A DNA stretch of 64,000 nt from a virus (lineage: Duplodnaviria; Caudoviricetes). Made by a program: the position numbers and the translations under genes. Every line of letters starts with the position of its first letter. Position 1 is the stretch's first letter. Of the stretch, positions 40,063-50,372 are shown in pieces. The notes under the pieces are model-generated. The model did no database searches, was not told where the DNA came from, and saw only the letters and a program-made list of their open reading frames with translations. Location: IMG/VR virus record IMGVR_UViG_3300021399_000100, one strand, 5' to 3'.

Positions 40063-40386
40063 TTACTTGTTAGATATATCTTCTTTCTTCATTATATACT
40101 GCCGTGTGATGTTTGTGGTCCTCTTATCTATAATGATCTGTTGAGAAGCCTTCCTGTCTAGCTGGCGGGCCAATGCATCTCTTTCACCCATAGCAGAATT
40201 ATATATTACAGACAGACTGTCCTTGACACATTCTATACGTGCGATGCGCTGGGAGAGGCTATCTCTATCATGTTCATAATTCTTGCGTGCCTTGGTATCT
40301 ATATTGAATACCCTACAGCTTATCGATAATGTGATAATCATAGTGACCACTAGCCACCATACTTTAATTTTATTTAACGTTTCCAT
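40063..40386 (-). CDS. Small membrane/lipoprotein-like coiled-coil protein
   Basis: WWLVVTMIITLSISC (possible lipobox) followed by a coiled coil. Confidence 0.6.
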   Translation of the reverse strand: METLNKIKVWWLVVTMIITLSISCRVFNIDTKARKNYEHDRDSLSQRIARIECVKDSLSVIYNSAMGERDALARQLDRKASQQIIIDKRTTNITRQYIMKKEDISNK

Positions 40387-40888
40387 CTTTTGCTACTACT
40401 AGATTGTTTAAATTTGATTCTTCTGTTATATATACGAACTTATAATTAATCTTATTTTTACACCATTCTCTTGCAGCCATTGCCTTAAAATAGTTCTTAG
40501 TGTATGTCAAGAAAGCATCTCTATATCGGATCATTGCTTTCTGTGAATTAGTCTTCGGCTTGTCGGGCTTCCTAAGCTGCTCGCTAGGCTTTACTTCACT
40601 GACGTATACAGTATCACCAATCTTGAAGACTAAATCAGGATAATACGAATGTTGCTTATTGTCCCCATACGGAGCAGGATAGAAATAAGATATACAGAAA
40701 GGCTCGCTTGCCCACCATTCTACCTCAGAGCTATCGTCAAGCCATCGCATACATTTGAACTCCCAAGACGAACGATATATACACTTCGACGGATCTCCTT
40801 TATATTTGAAGCTGTTGTATATTTTATAGTACCCCTGCTTGTACGAACCTTTCTTATTAGCATGCGGCTTATTATTCTTTATGTCCAT
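40370..40888 (-). CDS. Head completion nuclease, T4 gp4-like (TnsA-like)
   Basis: YKGDP..IYRSSWE..WLD..WASEP..YYPD..EVKP..N..K..AA.EWC motifs. Confidence 0.92.
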   Translation of the reverse strand: MDIKNNKPHANKKGSYKQGYYKIYNSFKYKGDPSKCIYRSSWEFKCMRWLDDSSEVEWWASEPFCISYFYPAPYGDNKQHSYYPDLVFKIGDTVYVSEVKPSEQLRKPDKPKTNSQKAMIRYRDAFLTYTKNYFKAMAAREWCKNKINYKFVYITEESNLNNLVVAKDGNVK

Positions 40889-40938
40889 CTGCGCTTATAC
40901 ATACTATGTTATATAATATGATTTACAACACATATGCC

Positions 40939-42348
40939 TTATGACATAAAGAGGTCCATCATCATATCGTCGTCATCTGTAAATGTCGTACGGTATGCAG
41001 CTGTAAGAAGCCTGTCTATAGGTGATAGCACATATTTCTGGAAGCACTCATCGTAATCAACTTTAAGTATCTCATCAAATTCCTCAGGGATTGTATCAGG
41101 GAAGCTCAGCGTGGTAGCTAATTCTACTGAAGAATCTCCAGCAATGTTATCAGTGAACATTGTACCGCCGATAGTCTGTAATCCTCCTTTAGGTATCTTT
41201 CCTTTTTTGTTAGCTGCTTCGTTGAAAGTTTTGCAGGTATATATAGGAATCTGACATTTGATCTTTACTGAATGCGCCTTAGAACCTGCCTTGATAAGCT
41301 CATACTTATCTTGCAAGCCTAATGACTTAATTAGATAATTATATAGCACTGCACCTTTCAGTTCTGGTGTTGCATGAGGCTTGACTTTGATCTGACCCAC
41401 GTCGCTCAAACAATAGTTAGTCAAATTATTGATCCTTCTTGTAGGCGCGAACGTCTCAGGAGACACTACGGCAAATAATCCCTTCATCTTAGATATCTTA
41501 GCCATAATGTCATCTTTAGTGTATCCTACTTCTTTAATATCGAAGATCATATCTACGATAGTCTTGATCTGCTCTTTACAATAAGCAGATACACCAGACT
41601 TAACCAATTCTACGCCTTTAGCAACCATCTTGCCTTCAAGATGGACATCAGGTTCTTTCCACTGCACAATTTCAACATAATTCTTCTTACCCAACCACAA
41701 CCCTTTAGAAGCATAAGCCTCTAGCTCAAAGTCTAGCACATGCTCTGCATTGAATCCTGCGGCCATATCAGCAAAGAACTTAGAGAATAGGTCTGACATG
41801 AATTCTTTTGTCAGACACAGCACGAAAGATTTACCAGTCGGCTTTTCTCGTGTGATGTCTGTCGCATCTGCATAACGTGCAAGAACACTGTTTTCATCAG
41901 GATACTTCTCTGTGGACAGATATGTGATGTGCTTCTTCTTGCCAGTCCGGAAGCTCCATACATCGTGTTCCATCCAGGTAGTGCATTTTATGACTTCGTC
42001 CCATTGTGAATATAGTGAGTCGGTATCAATATATACAGATATGTCTCTAGTGAGGTCTTTGCCTTTATGAGTAGTTCCCATCTTGTTATGAAGGGCTGTC
42101 ATGTCTTTCCATTTGGTTCTAAAAAGGTCGTTCACGAATTTCTCCGTAGTAGTGATTGTGTACTTCCCTTGTGTGGTAATAGCCTCAGCTACTGCGACAT
42201 TGAAGAAATAATTGGCAACAGAACCGAAAGCACCATATAGTGAATTGATAAGAATCTTAAGAGTCATCTGCTCATTGTCGTTATCCTCATATGCAGTATG
42301 TGCTGCAGCATATAACGCCTCTAGTTTTCTTTTAAACTCAGAATTCAT
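40939..42348 (-). CDS. Family B DNA polymerase, C-terminal half of a split gene (gp43B-like)
   Basis: Motif B KILINSLYGAFG about 30 aa from the N terminus, motif C YIDTDS, KKNY and KGVE. Lacks the exonuclease domain and motif A. Confidence 0.92.
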   Translation of the reverse strand: MNSEFKRKLEALYAAAHTAYEDNDNEQMTLKILINSLYGAFGSVANYFFNVAVAEAITTQGKYTITTTEKFVNDLFRTKWKDMTALHNKMGTTHKGKDLTRDISVYIDTDSLYSQWDEVIKCTTWMEHDVWSFRTGKKKHITYLSTEKYPDENSVLARYADATDITREKPTGKSFVLCLTKEFMSDLFSKFFADMAAGFNAEHVLDFELEAYASKGLWLGKKNYVEIVQWKEPDVHLEGKMVAKGVELVKSGVSAYCKEQIKTIVDMIFDIKEVGYTKDDIMAKISKMKGLFAVVSPETFAPTRRINNLTNYCLSDVGQIKVKPHATPELKGAVLYNYLIKSLGLQDKYELIKAGSKAHSVKIKCQIPIYTCKTFNEAANKKGKIPKGGLQTIGGTMFTDNIAGDSSVELATTLSFPDTIPEEFDEILKVDYDECFQKYVLSPIDRLLTAAYRTTFTDDDDMMMDLFMS

Positions 42349-42404
42349 TTTTATTGTTATTTCATTATCTGTTATATATAATCACATAGATACGCTTCAC
42401 GACA

Positions 42405-42800
42405 TCAATACTCGTTCTTTAATAGCTTATCCTCCCACGGTCCATATGTTTTGAACTCAGCAGCCTTTTCCATTACCTGATCGAAATCATACTTGTATAC
42501 GTTGTCAGGATCGATAAGCCCTATATGATAATATACTTTCGTGGGAACATTTTGGAAGCACTCTGGCATAGTCATGTCTATAACATTGTCCGTTTTAATG
42601 TCTTCACACCAGCAATGGTTGTACACTATACCTTTGATGGGTCCCTGGCCAGTTACTAGCCCGTGGCATAATCTGAGATTGGGATTACTTCTGTGATTTT
42701 TCATAAAGTATTGATACCCAACAACATAGCAATCACCCTCTTGGTTTTCTGCGGGTATATTGTTCTTGCTTTCGTTAATAAAATCAGAATAAGATATCAT
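42405..42800 (-). CDS. Papain/transglutaminase-like protein with capsid-targeting-like leader
   Basis: Start MISYSDFINES at 42800 after GTAAATA (42824-42830); GDCY...HG...NHCWCE...VID triad-like pattern. Confidence 0.6.
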   Translation of the reverse strand: MISYSDFINESKNNIPAENQEGDCYVVGYQYFMKNHRSNPNLRLCHGLVTGQGPIKGIVYNHCWCEDIKTDNVIDMTMPECFQNVPTKVYYHIGLIDPDNVYKYDFDQVMEKAAEFKTYGPWEDKLLKNEY

Positions 42801-42892
42801 AATAATACATTCGTAGTATAATATATTTACAAAAAACCATGGAGCATTTTTGCCCCATGGAACATAAAACAAATCATTACGACAACATTATT

Positions 42893-44128
42893 TTATCGAT
42901 ATGACAACGCCAAAAGGAAACGTAAAAAATCATCGATGTTATCCTCTTGTGTCTTCACCTCTTCCTTTTCATTGGATTGTTTCTGTACGTTATCATCGTT
43001 CGGTTTAGCATCATCACCGAACTCTTCTATGATACGACGTCGGACATCTTCTGGTATATTCGGTATTATGCGGAAAAGCCTCTCACAAGCCTCATTAGGT
43101 ACTTTCTGTGTAGTATTACATGTACCCGCACTTCTATCATTTGATGAAGTCTCTCCGAGATATACACCAGCAAATGTATGTGCGTGCAATTCGTTAGCGA
43201 CTTCGGTCATAAGGACTTTAGCGTCGTCATGAGGCTTACCACAGTAGTTAGATGTTCTCTTGAGGGCTACTACGTTAACATTATCCCAGAAGCTTGCAAA
43301 TGCTATCTTTACTGCGGTACATGAAGGCAAGATGTAAGCTGCCTGTACTTTGTTTCCAGAAGCACTGATCCTCATATAGGCATCAGCGATATATTTAATA
43401 TCATTGATGATGTCTGCATTCTCAGGTGTCAATTGGCCTTTTATGCATTGGCTATACAATTCTGGGTCGCATATCTGTATGCTATCGAATTTGCTTTTCT
43501 TGCTATAGTCACAGTGACGAGTGGATTCCCAGTTCTTAGATAATGATCTATGTCTAGTTATTTCTGTACCAATCTGGCGGTTAGTTGTCACTACCCATTT
43601 TACTCTCACGAGGTAATTTACCAATTCTGGCTTTTTCTTGAAGAGTTCTGACATGTACTTATTACCGACGATGCGTTTGCACACTTCCTGCCAATATGGA
43701 TAACCATGAGTGCTATTGCCGTCATGCCATATATTGAAAGTATCACATGTATTGAGGTTGAAGCTATCATACCATTCAACCAGCTCCCTCAGAGTGAATA
43801 CTGTGATAGGGAAATATTTTCGCACATGTGCATTCTGTGGGTCTGCTGCCTTTTCATCAAGAAACTTCTTTAATGAAGATAGATCAATATTGGTAGTTGT
43901 ATCCTTCTCCAAATCAGCATATATAGACACGAACTCTAGAGGTTCGTAATGCTTCGAATTGATCAGATTTTGTACAAATTTCGCTGGTGCAGTTGCTGTC
44001 TCAGTGTCCTCTACCCGGTAAGATATGCGTGTCATATACTGACATTGCGCTAATTGTTCAATTATGTCTGTAGTAAAATGAAACACCCTATCCACAGACT
44101 GATCTATGATCTTGAAATTTGGATTCAT
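42893..44128 (-). CDS. thyX: Flavin-dependent thymidylate synthase
   Basis: HYEPLEF and EITRHRSLSKNWESTR (RHRx7S) motifs; long C-terminal extension. Confidence 0.85.
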   Translation of the reverse strand: MNPNFKIIDQSVDRVFHFTTDIIEQLAQCQYMTRISYRVEDTETATAPAKFVQNLINSKHYEPLEFVSIYADLEKDTTTNIDLSSLKKFLDEKAADPQNAHVRKYFPITVFTLRELVEWYDSFNLNTCDTFNIWHDGNSTHGYPYWQEVCKRIVGNKYMSELFKKKPELVNYLVRVKWVVTTNRQIGTEITRHRSLSKNWESTRHCDYSKKSKFDSIQICDPELYSQCIKGQLTPENADIINDIKYIADAYMRISASGNKVQAAYILPSCTAVKIAFASFWDNVNVVALKRTSNYCGKPHDDAKVLMTEVANELHAHTFAGVYLGETSSNDRSAGTCNTTQKVPNEACERLFRIIPNIPEDVRRRIIEEFGDDAKPNDDNVQKQSNEKEEVKTQEDNIDDFLRFLLALSYR

Positions 44129-44171
44129 AATAATATTTGGTTTCTTATATTAATTATAATCACATAAAAAA

Positions 44172-44201
44172 TAAAAGAGAACCCTCTCGAGTTCTCTTTT
44201 A
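44172..44201 (-). terminator. Intrinsic terminator
   Basis: TAAAAGAGAAC...GTTCTCTTTTA hairpin downstream of ORF 44220-46169. Confidence 0.7.
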
Positions 44202-44219
44202 CATTGAGACGAAAGATAA

Positions 44220-46169
44220 TCAGACATTGAATATGTCTCCTAATGTCTTGCCTTTATTGGCTTCAGAATCCGATACTGTGATTCTAGCAATATCATCTGC
44301 GCCAAAAGTAACAGTTGCTACTGGTTTTGATTTGCTAATATCTGAATTCGTGATGGTTATCAACGGATGTACTGCAGAACCATTATATTCTGCAACCGTC
44401 TTATTGTTTATACGGACTTTAGTTATAATAGGGAGAAGGTCTTTCATGCCAGATGATTTTACCTTTATATGGAAATCAGACCCATCATCTTCTGGGTCGC
44501 CAGATACAACGGCATTAGATCTCTCATTAATCTCGCCTTCGCCTTTCTTGTCATCCTTACCTTCGCCTTTCTTGCTATCCTTTGCATTATTATTATCATC
44601 AGCACTCTCGCCCTCAGGCAATTTAGTGTCTTTTATTGCTTTTATGAATGACAATATCTTATCAGCATTATTTTTAGAGAACTCCTTAGCATTCTCGTAT
44701 ATACCAAATATATTAGTCGCATCATCAGGAGCGTCCTTTACATCTAGAGTAACTCTGTATTCACCTGTCTTCGGATTTATTTTGAAACGCCATTCAGTAT
44801 ATGTGTCATCTACGTCGCCCTTCATTCGCATGCATTCGCATTTGACTTCTGCTTTAGAAACCTCAGTAACCTTTTCGATCTGGTTGACACCGTAGATTCC
44901 TTCTTTAATGTCTTTGAGCTTTCCTTTGTATACACCTTCAGCAGTATATTCTTTAGAGTCTTCGTCTTCTTTAGCAAGGCTCTCAGATGCTATGGCGTTC
45001 AGCAGGTCGTAAATCCATAAGTTTTCATTTTCTGTATCTTTTACAGTATTAAACAGCGGCTGGATACCTTCTGATACAGTAGTAGTGGTATTATCTGAAG
45101 GATTGCTTGGATCGTTATCATTGTTATTTTCTGCAGGGTTATTCTTTCCAGCAGAACCGTCAACATCATAGAAATACAATAGTTTGTCTATCGCGTTGAT
45201 ATTCTTCTTAACTACTCGCTCAGCTACCGCAAGCTCTTCATCGTAGCGACCTGCTGTAGCCTTTACTGTTTCTGCTATTTCTTCAAGAATAGCAGCTGCT
45301 TCATTTCTTGCTGTAAGAAGTTCCTGTACTCTTTCCTGTATAGCAGCGTTTCCTGTTGACGAGTTGTTACTGATATTCGCTTCAATATTGTTATCACGCA
45401 ATACTTTAACTATATCAATACCAAAATTAGCTCCACAGAATCCTGAGATAGTTCCAAGATCACCTTTGATAACAACGGCATGAGAGGCATCTTCAATAGC
45501 ATAATTTCCGTCTGGGAGGAACACAAGCCTCCATTTAGGAGAAACTCTCAGAGCGCCTCTAGCATCAAGGTAATAGCCGTTACCTGCGCCGCACACAATT
45601 CTGCGGCCGCCTATACTGACATTATTTCCGTCTGGAGTTATAGTATATACTGAATTAACAAGCTGGCCGTTATTGTAGAGGACTTTCTCTACTGTAGCTT
45701 GTAGATGCTTGTAACGCATATCAACCTGAGGATGGTCATTAATCATTGCACGGACTTGATTCCCTATCGAAGAACCATTATCGATAGCTTTCAACATAGC
45801 GTCAAGGATCCCTTCTGAATCTCTTTTGTTTATAATCTCCTTGCTGAGAAGCAGCGATGATCTAGTCCACTTAGTGTACACGTCGTCTATGTACACGATG
45901 TTTCTGACTACGTCGATATCTACACAATGCATGATTTTATTTGTGAAGCATGCCATATCTGGCGTAGCGTCCATGAAGCCGGATGAACAGAACATGTCCC
46001 ATAGTTTGATTTTTACTGCTAATGTAGGATTGGCATTCATCATAATCATTGCTATTATGTCACGCCACTTGACCTTGACAGAAGAAGGTGCTGCAACATA
46101 TAGGGCTTTATCAATAAGGGCTTTGAACGCATCAACTTCAAATGCTTTGTTAAATTCTACGATTTCCAT
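44220..46169 (-). CDS. Hypothetical late protein, possibly an internal head protein
   Basis: 649 aa with GTAAATA at 46196-46202. Flexible linkers end in VSEG, IKEG and INER, resembling gp21-type cleavage sites. Confidence 0.6.
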   Translation of the reverse strand: MEIVEFNKAFEVDAFKALIDKALYVAAPSSVKVKWRDIIAMIMMNANPTLAVKIKLWDMFCSSGFMDATPDMACFTNKIMHCVDIDVVRNIVYIDDVYTKWTRSSLLLSKEIINKRDSEGILDAMLKAIDNGSSIGNQVRAMINDHPQVDMRYKHLQATVEKVLYNNGQLVNSVYTITPDGNNVSIGGRRIVCGAGNGYYLDARGALRVSPKWRLVFLPDGNYAIEDASHAVVIKGDLGTISGFCGANFGIDIVKVLRDNNIEANISNNSSTGNAAIQERVQELLTARNEAAAILEEIAETVKATAGRYDEELAVAERVVKKNINAIDKLLYFYDVDGSAGKNNPAENNNDNDPSNPSDNTTTTVSEGIQPLFNTVKDTENENLWIYDLLNAIASESLAKEDEDSKEYTAEGVYKGKLKDIKEGIYGVNQIEKVTEVSKAEVKCECMRMKGDVDDTYTEWRFKINPKTGEYRVTLDVKDAPDDATNIFGIYENAKEFSKNNADKILSFIKAIKDTKLPEGESADDNNNAKDSKKGEGKDDKKGEGEINERSNAVVSGDPEDDGSDFHIKVKSSGMKDLLPIITKVRINNKTVAEYNGSAVHPLITITNSDISKSKPVATVTFGADDIARITVSDSEANKGKTLGDIFNV

Positions 46170-46322
46170 TATAAGAATACTTCGTCTATTATATCTATTT
46201 ACCTTTGTAGGTTAACTATTACGCATTATATTTGAACTTCTCGTTAAAAAAGTATTCATATTGGTCTTTTTTAATATCATACTCAGTGGACGGATGCATA
46301 TTATGTGCATTCATAATTATTG

Positions 46323-47750
46323 TCAATGTAAAAATGTATCAACCATTTCTGAAGTGTTCTGGCCCCAATTAGAATCAAATTGATTGCCTAGTTCGTCAAA
46401 TGACTGGTCGTTGCTACGGAACTCCAGAGATTCTATTCCAGTAATACCATCTTCAGGTGGAACGAGCGTGTCCATAATCTGACGTGCTGTAGAAGCATCT
46501 TCTTCGAGCTTCATATGACTGTAGTCTATATTGACATTAGTGACTATACCTTTTCCCGCGCCGTCTCGAATCTTCAGTGCCTTGAGCCTATATAGATTAG
46601 CGGCTCTATAGTCTTCCGTCTGGGTTATAGCCAGGATAGTATCGCACGTGTGTAGGATAGCTGCACATTCTGCAATACTCTCGAATCCGATCTCGTCCAT
46701 ACCGAATCCCGAACGGTTAATCTGACCTGCAGTCACAACGACGACCTGCTCCTCAATAGCCAGCGCTCTCAGCTCCTCAGAGATATTCTTCAGCTTCTCA
46801 TAGAGATCAGTCGTACGTCTGTTGCGTGAAGCCATAATGCCTATATAGTCTACTACGACTTTCTTAGGGTCCATTCCTTTATCACGCATCTTATGGATCT
46901 CGTATCGAATATCTTCTACCGTTCCTACAGACGTAGGGAACTGTTTGATCTTTATCCTTCCCCAGTTGTTTTCTCTGGCTTCATTGAGCATAGCCTTCAG
47001 CTTCCCCTTATTATTCAGCACGAGGTCGCTGTATTGGTCATCTCTCAATCCAAGAATATTTCCTGCAAGGCGCGAAGCAATGCGCTGTTCACTCATCTCG
47101 AAAGAAGCTATCAGGACATCATCACCACTCTTCGCAGTGCTAGCAGCTTCATTTATCAAAAATATAGACTTACCTATATTGGCTTCACCCAAATAGCATA
47201 CCAGCGTGCCTATTTCATATCCCTTAGGGATCATGCTCCACATGCATGGCGTGTATCTTCCTTCATCAGGACGGTGGCTGTCTATATCGAAGAAATCCAT
47301 TCCTACGGAAGTTCCTCTAGAAGAAATCTGCGAGTTCTCTATGAGCAGCCTGCACTTGGAGGAAACCTCAGTGAAGGTGGCGGCATCATCAGCAGAAGTC
47401 ATCAGTTCGAGAGACTCACCTATAGAATCTCTCAGCTTCAGCCATGAGATCCATCCGATGATATTATCGGCAACTGGCTGAGTTATCTCTCCTGCTTGAG
47501 ATATGATCTGATTGAAAAATTGTACATAGAAATCTGCATCCTTTCCATCAGACTCTGCAACAACCGCAACATCATCTGATGTGAACCCATTATAACTGGA
47601 ACTCTTCAGGGTCTTCATGATCTCTATGATATACATGATATCTGGAGAATCCTTGAACCATTCTGGCTGGACGTCGTCTATGTAGATAGGAGTCTCTACA
47701 AGGAACTTGACCATCCTAGCCATAGAAGTTACTTTTAGTTTTCCTAGCAT
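46323..47750 (-). CDS. Replicative DnaB-like helicase (T4 gp41-like)
   Basis: Walker A GEANIGKS, SFEMSE, Walker B VVVDYIGIM, TAGQINR and LKIRDG. Confidence 0.93.
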   Translation of the reverse strand: MLGKLKVTSMARMVKFLVETPIYIDDVQPEWFKDSPDIMYIIEIMKTLKSSSYNGFTSDDVAVVAESDGKDADFYVQFFNQIISQAGEITQPVADNIIGWISWLKLRDSIGESLELMTSADDAATFTEVSSKCRLLIENSQISSRGTSVGMDFFDIDSHRPDEGRYTPCMWSMIPKGYEIGTLVCYLGEANIGKSIFLINEAASTAKSGDDVLIASFEMSEQRIASRLAGNILGLRDDQYSDLVLNNKGKLKAMLNEARENNWGRIKIKQFPTSVGTVEDIRYEIHKMRDKGMDPKKVVVDYIGIMASRNRRTTDLYEKLKNISEELRALAIEEQVVVVTAGQINRSGFGMDEIGFESIAECAAILHTCDTILAITQTEDYRAANLYRLKALKIRDGAGKGIVTNVNIDYSHMKLEEDASTARQIMDTLVPPEDGITGIESLEFRSNDQSFDELGNQFDSNWGQNTSEMVDTFLH

Positions 47751-47852
47751 ATTGCTTAATTATCGTTTAATTATCGTCTCGTTTATATAATCACTACAGA
47801 AGAAGAAGGATAGTCCATAGCTTCTCTGATATATACATAATGTTAATGAACA

Positions 47853-47905
47853 AGTGTTGCGCTAAAGACGCAACACTCATTCGGTAATGCGATAATTCGC
47901 ATTAC
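47853..47905. other. Two adjacent perfect 9-bp hairpins
   Basis: AGTGTTGCG-ctaaaga-CGCAACACT and GTAATGCGA-taat-TCGCATTAC. Confidence 0.8.
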
Positions 47906-47970
47906 TTTTATGTTTCTATTTTTGATGCTGTATTGACTCTAGATATACCAGAATAATCCGAAACTTCCCT

Positions 47971-48190
47971 AATTATCCCAATATTATACATTTCCCCTCA
48001 TATATCTTTAAGGATATGGGGGAGTTTCTATATAGCATCTAATAGCCCAAAATTTCATCTAATTTTCCCTATATTATATATTCCCCTCATATAATATTAA
48101 GGACATGGGGAGTTTCTATATAGACCCTAAACCTTCATAATTATCTCTCTATTATATAATTCCCCTCATATAATATTAAGGACATGGGGA
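47971..48190. repeat. Three tandem 79-89-bp repeats with palindromic core (candidate origin iterons)
   Basis: TTCCCCTCATATAATATTAAGGACATGGGGA identical at 48081-48111 and 48160-48190, with a variant at 47992-48023. Flanks are also similar. Confidence 0.85.
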
Positions 48191-48221
48191 TGTTTTGTGT
48201 TGGGTGATTTTTAAAAAACGG

Positions 48222-48230
48222 GTGATTATA
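48222..48230 (+). promoter_or_regulatory. Replication-class promoter motif GTGATTATA (representative copy)
   Basis: The same 9-mer precedes the clamp-like gene (38534), polymerase (42377), thyX (44155), helicase (47786), HD gene (50445) and queD (51092) in the sense orientation. Confidence 0.7.
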
Positions 48231-48252
48231 TAACTATACTTTATTAAAAATA

Positions 48253-48897
48253 ATGAAATCGAAAAAGATATATCCTGAATCAGAAACCGATATCTTTGTA
48301 GATAGCGGAGGCCCATATGATGTGGACCCTGACGATAGATTTGTGGATGAATGCGACTTCGAAGGATACGATGTAGAAGATATATTTGAAGAAGGGGACT
48401 CGTCTAGTGAGAACGATTACAGCAATAATGATACAGACAAGTTGTTATCGTATAAAGACTATGCTACGCAGAGAAGCAGCACCAAAAAAGTATCTTCTCA
48501 AAATTATGATGCTGCAGATATCCACAGCACTAAGCAAGACATAGCCATGCCTTATGATTGCATGGATAATGACAGCTACTTCAATGAAGACCTAGAGAAT
48601 AGCGCATGCGAAGTGATAAAGGGGACTACTCTTGAGAAATACGAGGACGGTAGACATATACCTATCAAGGACGTAGTCACATGCTTTGTACGTCTCGCAG
48701 ACAAGTGGCCAGATGACCTCGTGTATTGCTTTACCCTCATAGCCTATTATGGCAAGGTCCTCAGATACAAGTCTCTATTAGACGCTATACCAACGTCTTA
48801 TAGGGATAAGATGATAAAGCAGCTATCTAGATCAGGCGCAGAAATGATCAAATCACTCTATAAGAGCGAGGCTACAGTAGTAGATATATTTTGTTAA
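48253..48897 (+). CDS. Hypothetical protein with acidic N terminus (weak gp33-like C terminus)
   Basis: 214-aa ORF with an acidic disordered N-half and a helical C-terminal domain. Function tentative. Confidence 0.55.
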   Translation: MKSKKIYPESETDIFVDSGGPYDVDPDDRFVDECDFEGYDVEDIFEEGDSSSENDYSNNDTDKLLSYKDYATQRSSTKKVSSQNYDAADIHSTKQDIAMPYDCMDNDSYFNEDLENSACEVIKGTTLEKYEDGRHIPIKDVVTCFVRLADKWPDDLVYCFTLIAYYGKVLRYKSLLDAIPTSYRDKMIKQLSRSGAEMIKSLYKSEATVVDIFC

Positions 48898-48917
48898 CTA
48901 ATATAAAATTTAGTATT

Positions 48918-50372
48918 ATGATTCTTAGCAATTCAAACAAGTACCCTAATTATGCCGCGACCATCAGGAAGGTTGACAGCATAACTCCTATACAGGGGTT
49001 TGACAACCTTGTATATGCGAGGATCGGGGTAGAAAATGTTCTGGTATCAAAAGATGTCCATATGGGCGACATCGTAGTATTTGTTCCCCAGGAAAGTGTT
49101 CTGGCAGATAAATATTTGTCATTGAACAATCTTTATATAGACTATCCTCTCAATGCAAATGCTGCCGATGTCGTTAAAGTGATGGAACGTACAGATCTGT
49201 CAGACGAAGACAAGAAAAATCAAGTCAAGCACATGAGAGGCTATTTCGGTTCGAACGGCCGAGTAACTCTCTTAAAGATCCGAGGCATGTACTCTCCAGG
49301 ATACATCGCGACTATTGCATCTATGGAGAAGGCCTATCCTGAACTGGAAGGATTCGACTGGGAAAAGAACGACGGCTTTACGTTCGATACGATCAATGGA
49401 GAATTGTTCTGTTGGAAATATTTAGTAAAGCCTAAAAATGAGTTCCATAACAAACATAAGAGGAGCTCTGGCAAGTATCAGAACAAGAAGAAGAAGTTCG
49501 ACTATTTGATCCCACAGAACTTCCCTGCGCACTATAACACCTCCCAACTCAGAGATACCATACAGTATCTTGAACCTAAGGATGTGGTGGATATCACTGT
49601 AAAGATTCACGGAACTTCTGTCATCGTCGGGTACGTCAAGTGTAATAAATATCTTACTTTATGGGAGAAAGTCAAGAAGTTCTTTGGATTCAATGTAGAA
49701 GATACTGAGTACCGTATGTTGTACTCGTCTCGTAACGTCGTTCTTAATCGATATAAAGACGCAGATGGCAAGAAGCCACCATATTATCAAGTATATGACT
49801 TTATCCGCCACCACATCAATGACCGCAATATGATTGTGTACGGCGAAATCTGCGGATATGTTCCTGGGTCTAATGAGTGTATCCAGAAAGACCACGATTA
49901 TGGAGCAGAGCCAGGCGACTGGAAATTCATGCCATATAGAATAGTCGATAGGAATGTAGAAGGGACTGCTGTCGAATATACTGTCGGTGATGTTATTGAC
50001 TGGACAACGAAGGTAATAGAATGCCTGCCAGACGACAAGAAGAAGTATATAATGCCTCTGGAGAGAGTGTTCCACGGGCCTCTCGAAGAAATTGTACCTT
50101 TTAAACAGGAATATGGCGAGAGTTATAATGACGCATTGATTCGCTGGAGAGCCGATCTGTATTCTAAGCTCCAGAATTCTTATGGCCTAGAAGAGCTTGA
50201 GCCTATGTGCAAGAACAAAGTTCCACGCGAAGGCATCGTCATTAGAAAGACTAATGATGTTATTGCAAGAGCTTTCAAGCTGAAGAGCAACGCCCATTAT
50301 GCATTAGCGAAAGCGTCGCATGACAAGGGTATTGCCGATATGGAAGAGGACCAGGAAGCTGAACAGGCGTAA
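48918..50372 (+). CDS. RNA ligase (DRB0094/Rnl-type nucleotidyltransferase with N-terminal OB-like domain)
   Basis: Motif I TVKIHGTS, SSRN, VYGEICG, REGIVIR and AFKLKS; N-terminal ITPIQGFDNL..GDIVVFV segment. Confidence 0.88.
   Translation: MILSNSNKYPNYAATIRKVDSITPIQGFDNLVYARIGVENVLVSKDVHMGDIVVFVPQESVLADKYLSLNNLYIDYPLNANAADVVKVMERTDLSDEDKKNQVKHMRGYFGSNGRVTLLKIRGMYSPGYIATIASMEKAYPELEGFDWEKNDGFTFDTINGELFCWKYLVKPKNEFHNKHKRSSGKYQNKKKKFDYLIPQNFPAHYNTSQLRDTIQYLEPKDVVDITVKIHGTSVIVGYVKCNKYLTLWEKVKKFFGFNVEDTEYRMLYSSRNVVLNRYKDADGKKPPYYQVYDFIRHHINDRNMIVYGEICGYVPGSNECIQKDHDYGAEPGDWKFMPYRIVDRNVEGTAVEYTVGDVIDWTTKVIECLPDDKKKYIMPLERVFHGPLEEIVPFKQEYGESYNDALIRWRADLYSKLQNSYGLEELEPMCKNKVPREGIVIRKTNDVIARAFKLKSNAHYALAKASHDKGIADMEEDQEAEQA

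Noticed and set aside
40370-40888. Tn7 TnsA transposase / mobile element
   Set aside because: It matches the T4 gp4 head-completion pattern; no TnsB/C genes or transposon ends are present.
47971-48190. Mini CRISPR array (31-nt palindromic repeat x3)
   Set aside because: The intervening sequences are 48-57 nt and similar to each other, so this is a tandem repeat rather than unique spacers. No cas genes in the window.
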